A stretch of DNA of 64,000 nt from NCBI GenBank assembly GCA_902512325.1, contig CABXIT010000003.1, positions 4,416-68,415 on the forward strand, in the 5' to 3' direction. Shown here piece after piece: positions 59,167 to 64,000 of the stretch. The DNA is from an uncultured Alphaproteobacteria bacterium. GTDB lineage: Bacteria > Pseudomonadota > Alphaproteobacteria > HIMB59 > GCA-002718135. Every line of letters begins with the position of its first letter. Position 1 is the stretch's first letter. Below the pieces are notes generated by a model. That model saw only the letters and a list, made by a program, of their open reading frames with translations. It was not told the DNA's origin and ran no database searches. Position numbers and translations under genes: made by a program.

Positions 59167-60264
59167 ATGAATACAGAAACAGAAAAAACCTTTGTAAAGT
59201 TTGAGAAAATTGACAAAAGTTATGATGGTGAAGTTCTCGTAGTTAAAAACTTAAATTTAGATATTGCCAAAGGTGAATTTGTAACAATGCTTGGTCCTTC
59301 AGGTTCAGGCAAAACGACAACACTTATGATGCTTGCTGGTTTTGAAACTCCTACGAATGGAGAAATCTTTCTTGATGGCATGCCTATTAGTAAGATACCT
59401 CCTTATGAAAGAGAAATTGGTATGGTTTTTCAAAATTATGCACTCTTTCCGCATATGACTGTTCAAGAAAATTTAGCTTTTCCACTTGAGGTCAGAAAAA
59501 TGTCAAAAGATGAAACAAAAGACAAAGTTAAAAAAGCTCTTGATATGGTTGAGCTTGGTGATTTTGGAACTCGTTTTCCTGCACAATTATCAGGAGGACA
59601 ACAACAAAGAGTGGCACTCGCAAGAGCACTAGTATTTGAACCAAGGCTTGTCTTAATGGATGAACCTCTTGGTGCCTTAGATAAAAATCTTAGAGAGCAA
59701 ATGCAATATGAGATTAAACACATACATGACAGAATAGGTATTACTGTTGTTTACGTAACACATGATCAAAGTGAGGCTCTAACAATGTCAAATAGAATTG
59801 CTGTTTTTAATGATGGTTTAGTTCAGCAATTATCAACTCCAGATATATTATATGAAAAACCCGAAAACTCTTTTGTAGCACAGTTTATTGGGGAGAATAA
59901 TAGAATGACTGGCTCAATAAAAAGTATGGAAAATAATTATTGTTCGGTCGAACTCGACAATGGTGCCGGTATTGTAAAAGCTTTAAAAGTCAATGTGGGT
60001 GATGTTGGAGAAAAAACTCAACTATCCGTAAGACCAGAAAGAGTATCTTTAGGATCTGATGGAGATGGAGAAAATGTTTTCACTGGTAAGGTTGAGGAAC
60101 TTATTTATTTAGGCGATCATATCAGAGTAAGACTTGATGTTTGTGGTAATAATGAATTTATTGTTAAGGTTCCTAACGAGGGTTCTTTTAATTATAATGA
60201 GGGTGACTCCATAAAATTAAATTGGAATCCTGATGATATACGAGCTTTAGACCTTCCAAAATAG
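59167..60264 (+). CDS. ABC transporter ATP-binding protein, PotA-like (spermidine/putrescine-type importer)
   Basis: 365 aa. Walker A GPSGSGKTT, signature LSGGQQQRVALARAL, Walker B LVLMDEP, and a C-terminal TOBE-like domain. Confidence 0.9.
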   Translation: MNTETEKTFVKFEKIDKSYDGEVLVVKNLNLDIAKGEFVTMLGPSGSGKTTTLMMLAGFETPTNGEIFLDGMPISKIPPYEREIGMVFQNYALFPHMTVQENLAFPLEVRKMSKDETKDKVKKALDMVELGDFGTRFPAQLSGGQQQRVALARALVFEPRLVLMDEPLGALDKNLREQMQYEIKHIHDRIGITVVYVTHDQSEALTMSNRIAVFNDGLVQQLSTPDILYEKPENSFVAQFIGENNRMTGSIKSMENNYCSVELDNGAGIVKALKVNVGDVGEKTQLSVRPERVSLGSDGDGENVFTGKVEELIYLGDHIRVRLDVCGNNEFIVKVPNEGSFNYNEGDSIKLNWNPDDIRALDLPK

Positions 60265-60383
60265 TAATAGCACCAATTTCTGCGGTATTTTTGCCCTTTT
60301 TTTTAATTTTCCTACATGTTAATAGGACTATATATATCGACATATAATCTTAAGATTAAATAATTTAAAACAGGAGGAAACAT

Positions 60384-61487
60384 ATGTCAAAATTACTTAA
60401 AGTTTTCTTGATAGCATCTTTCGCTGTTGCATCTTTTTCTGCTAAAGCAGTTACAGTTGCATCATGGGGTGGTGCTTATACAGAAAGTCAACAAAAAGCA
60501 TATGCTGATACTTATACAGACCCGGGTTCAATTCAGTTTGAAAACTACAACGGTGGTCTAGGTGAAGTAAGAGCACAGGTTGAAAGTGGAAGTGTTACTT
60601 GGGACTTAGTAGACGCACTACCAGGTGATGCAATCACTGGTTGTGATGAAGGTTTGTTCGAAGACATTACTACAGAAATCGCTGATTTATCAACTCCAGG
60701 ACCTGATGGTGAGACTATGTTAGAAGATATGGAGAACAATGGTCTTGAATATCATTCTGGATGGGATTGTTGTGTTCCACAAATTTTCTGGACATATGTA
60801 GTATTCTACGATCCAGATGCTTTCCCTGGTGATAAACCATCTAGCATGGCTGATTTCTTTGACGTGGAAAAATTTCCAGGTAAAAGAGGAATTCACACAT
60901 GGGCAACAGGTATTGTTGAAAAAGCTATGGTGGCTGACGGTGTAAAACCAAGTGCAGTTCCAACAGTTTTAAGAGACCAAACTGGTGCACTTGATAGAGC
61001 ATTTGCAAAATTAGACACAATTAAAGATCATATTGTATTTTGGTCTTCAGGAGCTAAACCACTTGAATTAGTTAAAAGTGGAGAGGTTGTAATGTCTATT
61101 GCTTATAATGGTCGTGTAGGTGCAGCTAATCTTGCAGAAGGTGAAAATTTTGAATATATTTGGGAAGGTCAAGTTTTAGACCAAGAATATTTATGTTTAG
61201 TGGCTGGTGCTCCTAATAGAGATGCAGCTGTTGATTTCATGATGCATGCTTCAACTCCTGAAGCACAAGCTGAACAAGCTAAATATATTACTTATGGACC
61301 TATGAGAGCTTCTGGTATTCCGATCATTCAAGCTAATGAACCTTGGGGACCAGGTGGAGTAGATATTATGCCTCATATGCCTAACACGCCTGAGCGTTTA
61401 AAAGTTTCTATCGTTAGTGATCCACAATGGTGGTCTGATAACGGTGCAGAAATTAACGAACGTTATTCAGCGTGGATGGGTAACTAA
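60384..61487 (+). CDS. Periplasmic substrate-binding protein, PotD/PotF-like family
   Basis: 367 aa. Sec signal peptide ending AKA, strong AGGAGG SD at 60372-60377, and codon usage visibly different from its neighbours (more G/C-ending and GGT/GCT codons). Confidence 0.85.
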   Translation: MSKLLKVFLIASFAVASFSAKAVTVASWGGAYTESQQKAYADTYTDPGSIQFENYNGGLGEVRAQVESGSVTWDLVDALPGDAITGCDEGLFEDITTEIADLSTPGPDGETMLEDMENNGLEYHSGWDCCVPQIFWTYVVFYDPDAFPGDKPSSMADFFDVEKFPGKRGIHTWATGIVEKAMVADGVKPSAVPTVLRDQTGALDRAFAKLDTIKDHIVFWSSGAKPLELVKSGEVVMSIAYNGRVGAANLAEGENFEYIWEGQVLDQEYLCLVAGAPNRDAAVDFMMHASTPEAQAEQAKYITYGPMRASGIPIIQANEPWGPGGVDIMPHMPNTPERLKVSIVSDPQWWSDNGAEINERYSAWMGN

Positions 61488-61518
61488 GCTTGATAAAGTA
61501 ACTAAATTAATTTAATTT

Positions 61519-61545
61519 AAAGGCGAGATTTATCTCGCCTTTTTA
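61519..61545 (+). terminator. Rho-independent terminator/attenuator after the binding-protein gene
   Basis: GGCGAGA-TTTA-TCTCGCC hairpin (61522-61539) flanked by AAA and TTTTT. It is the clearest intrinsic terminator in the window. Confidence 0.8.
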
Positions 61546-61578
61546 TTTAGGGAGGTTTGTATTTCTACTGCAGAATTA

Positions 61579-62826
61579 TTGACAACTGACGGCGTACCTT
61601 TAAAGCAAAGTCTTAAGAAAGCGGAGCGCAAAAACAAAATCAGAGCTTTTCTTTTAGTTTTTCCTTTATTGTTATTTATCATCGTTACTTTTGTAATGCC
61701 AATTGGTGATATGTTATTAAGAAGTGTTGATGATACTCAAATTAATACTGTCTTCCCTAATACATTTGAAGAGTACAAAAAGTGGGATAAAGAACAAGAC
61801 CAACTTCCTCCTGAGGAAGTATATAAAGCTTTATTTCAAGAACTAGCATACGGTAATAAAATTCAGGTAGGTAGAGCGCTTACGAGAATGAATTATTCTA
61901 AGTCTGGATGGAAAAGTTTGATAAAAAATACATCTAGAGCAATCAAGAAAGCAGTAAAAAAAGATGAATTTCCTGATTCATACAAAGATTTTTTAATAGC
62001 TGCTAATGAGAAATGGGCAGATCCAACTTTTTGGTATGCTATGGGTCAAATGGTAAACAACCAGACTCCAATTTATTACTATAATGCAATCGATATGACA
62101 TATGATCAGGATCAAAATGTCATTAGGCAAAAGGAAAATAGAAGGGTGTATGTTCAAACTTGGATTAAGACACTAAAGGTTAGTGTTTATGTAACTTTCT
62201 TTTGTTTGATATTAGGTTTTCCAGTTGCTCATCTTTTAGCAAATTTACCCCTTCGTTACAGTAATCTTCTCATGATTTTTGTGTTACTTCCTTTTTGGAC
62301 GTCTTTATTAGTGAGAACGACTGCATGGATTGTTATGCTTCAACAACAAGGCGTAATTAATGGAATATTAGTGTGGCTTGGCATTCTAAGTGACGATGGA
62401 AGACTTTCAATGGTATATAATGAAACAGGAACGCTCATTGCTATGACTCAAATATTACTACCTTTTATGATACTTCCTTTATATAGCGTGATGAGAGTAA
62501 TACCAAAAAGTCATATGAGAGCAGCGCAAAACTTAGGCGCTAAACCAGCAACTGCATTTTGGAAAGTATATTTACCTCAAACTATACCTGGCATGAGTGC
62601 TGGTGGATTGTTGGTTTTTGTATTAGCAATTGGATATTTTATAACACCTGAATTGGTAGGTGGAAAAGATGGTAAATTGATAGGTAGCTGGATAGCTTAT
62701 CATCTTAAAACAACTTTAAATTGGGGTTTATGTGCAGCTCTTGGAGCAATACTTCTTGCAGTAATGCTTATTTTTTATTGGCTTTACAATAAAATTGTTG
62801 GCATAGATAATATTAAACTAGGATAG
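61579..62826 (+). CDS. ABC transporter permease (PotB-like) with a large (~170 aa) insertion after TM1
   Basis: 415 aa from the TTG at 61579. An in-frame ATT at 61561 lies 5 nt after GGAGG (61551-61555) and is an alternative start. Has an EAA-type motif region (AAQNLGAKPATAFWKVYLPQ). Confidence 0.85.
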   Translation: MTTDGVPLKQSLKKAERKNKIRAFLLVFPLLLFIIVTFVMPIGDMLLRSVDDTQINTVFPNTFEEYKKWDKEQDQLPPEEVYKALFQELAYGNKIQVGRALTRMNYSKSGWKSLIKNTSRAIKKAVKKDEFPDSYKDFLIAANEKWADPTFWYAMGQMVNNQTPIYYYNAIDMTYDQDQNVIRQKENRRVYVQTWIKTLKVSVYVTFFCLILGFPVAHLLANLPLRYSNLLMIFVLLPFWTSLLVRTTAWIVMLQQQGVINGILVWLGILSDDGRLSMVYNETGTLIAMTQILLPFMILPLYSVMRVIPKSHMRAAQNLGAKPATAFWKVYLPQTIPGMSAGGLLVFVLAIGYFITPELVGGKDGKLIGSWIAYHLKTTLNWGLCAALGAILLAVMLIFYWLYNKIVGIDNIKLG

Positions 62827-62828
62827 AT

Positions 62829-63725
62829 ATGGCATTACCAAGTTACGCGACACCTGTACAAAGAACTTATTACTACGCATATTTATTTTTTTGTGGTGTT
62901 GTTTTCTTTTTTCTTGTCGCACCTTTAATTGCAATTGTACCTCTTTCATTCAGTGTTTCTCCATTTATGGTATTTACTGAGGGTATGCTTGCATGGCCTC
63001 CAGATCCAGACGCATGGTCATTAAGATGGTACCAAAATATGATTGGTAATTGTAGCGCTGATGTTGTGTCATCTACAGTGCCATGTTCACATAAATGGAT
63101 GACAGGAACAATTAATAGTTTTTTCATAGGCCTTACAGCAACTTTTATTGCCACAACTCTAGGCACTATAGCTGCTCTTGGTCTTAGTAGACCACACATG
63201 CCATATAAAGGTATAATAATGGCTATACTTATTTCCCCAATGATAGTTCCTTTGATCATTACTGCTGCGGGAATGTTCTTTTTTTATGCTAGAATAAATC
63301 TTGTTTACACATTTACAGGTGTTATTCTGGCGCATGTAGCGTTAGCCACTCCTTTTGTGGTAATTACTGTTACTGCGACTTTAGTTGGTTTTGATATGAA
63401 TATGGTTAAAGCATCACAAAGTTTGGGGGCAAGACCTGTTAGAACTTTTTTTAAAGTAATAATGCCTTTAATTTTACCTGGTGTTATATCAGGTGCTTTA
63501 TTTGCATTCATTACTTCTTTTGATGAAGTTGTAATAGTTATGTTTATGGCAAGCTTAGATCAGCTGACAATTCCAAAACAAATGTGGGCGGGAATTCGTC
63601 AAGAAATAAGCCCAGTAATTTTATGTATGGCAACTTGCTTAGTAGCACTATCTATTTTCTTATTAACTACAGTTGAAATATTACGAAGACGATCAGAGCG
63701 ACTACGCGGTATTAAATCAAGATAA
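62829..63725 (+). CDS. ABC transporter permease (PotC-like)
   Basis: 298 aa with 6 TM helices and an EAA loop (ASQSLGARPVRTFFKVIMP). Confidence 0.88.
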   Translation: MALPSYATPVQRTYYYAYLFFCGVVFFFLVAPLIAIVPLSFSVSPFMVFTEGMLAWPPDPDAWSLRWYQNMIGNCSADVVSSTVPCSHKWMTGTINSFFIGLTATFIATTLGTIAALGLSRPHMPYKGIIMAILISPMIVPLIITAAGMFFFYARINLVYTFTGVILAHVALATPFVVITVTATLVGFDMNMVKASQSLGARPVRTFFKVIMPLILPGVISGALFAFITSFDEVVIVMFMASLDQLTIPKQMWAGIRQEISPVILCMATCLVALSIFLLTTVEILRRRSERLRGIKSR

Positions 63726-63731
63726 ATTATT

Positions 63732-64000
63732 ATGACTAAACCGCATATTGCTGTGGTAGGTGCTGGCATAGTTGGTATATGTTCAGCATATTTCTTAAAT
63801 AAATCTGGTTTTCAAGTAACATTAATTGATAAAAATGATCCAGGTTCTATGACAAGTTATGGTCATGCATGTACATTTGCTGATTATGCTTGTATCCCAG
63901 TTAATTCACCAGATTTATTTAAAGACATCCCCTCAATGTTACTGAGAAGTGATGGGCCATTGGCTATTGATATTTTTTATTTGTTAAAAAATCTGAATTG
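63732..64000 (+). CDS. FAD-dependent oxidoreductase (D-amino-acid dehydrogenase DadA-like), N-terminal 89 aa; continues beyond the window
   Basis: ATG at 63732. The dinucleotide-binding motif IAVVGAGIVGICSAYFL is followed by a D at the end of beta2. Confidence 0.7.
   Translation, partial: MTKPHIAVVGAGIVGICSAYFLNKSGFQVTLIDKNDPGSMTSYGHACTFADYACIPVNSPDLFKDIPSMLLRSDGPLAIDIFYLLKNLN

Noticed and set aside
62873-63259. 128-aa minus-strand ORF inside the PotC-like permease gene
   Set aside because: It is antisense to a clear ABC permease CDS. It is the longest spurious ORF in the window but has no recognisable features.

Overview
This 64-kb window comes from a very AT-rich, extremely gene-dense alphaproteobacterial chromosome. 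Protein sequences, tiny or overlapping intergenic spacers and gene content best fit a SAR11/Pelagibacterales-type marine bacterium (inference). The first half (1-33 kb) is core informational machinery. It holds the 3' end of a formate dehydrogenase alpha gene, tRNA-Thr, an rlmB-like methyltransferase, and tRNA-Tyr/tRNA-Gly-tuf-tRNA-Trp-secE-nusG-rplKAJL-rpoBC. An almost uninterrupted str-S10-spc-alpha ribosomal supercluster (rpsL to rplQ) follows, with crcB and an RluA-family pseudouridine synthase appended. rpmD, rpmJ and infA are absent from their usual slots. The second half (33-64 kb) is metabolic/accessory: lipB, tRNA-Leu, gshA-gshB, bioY, a ROK sugar kinase, a gabD-like dehydrogenase and a glycine-amidinotransferase homologue. 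Next is an eutABC-like trio joined to unusual partners: a 480-aa fold-II PLP enzyme, M20 and M24 hydrolases, a Ser/Cys proline-racemase homologue and an Ldh_2 reductase. Then come sarcosine oxidase soxBDAG, a DoeA/EutD-like M24 hydrolase, a two-gene operon of unrecognisable proteins, an M19 dipeptidase homologue with substituted metal ligands, an EamA permease, a PotABCD-like ABC importer and the start of a DadA-like flavoprotein. I saw no mobile elements, CRISPR arrays, rRNA genes or transcription-factor genes. The best candidates for new biology are the uncharacterised operon plus degenerate M19 homologue (54.8-58.2 kb) and the regulator-less mosaic osmolyte/cyclic-amino-acid catabolic island (38.8-54.9 kb). 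All family calls rest on by-eye motif recognition and need HMM or structure confirmation.
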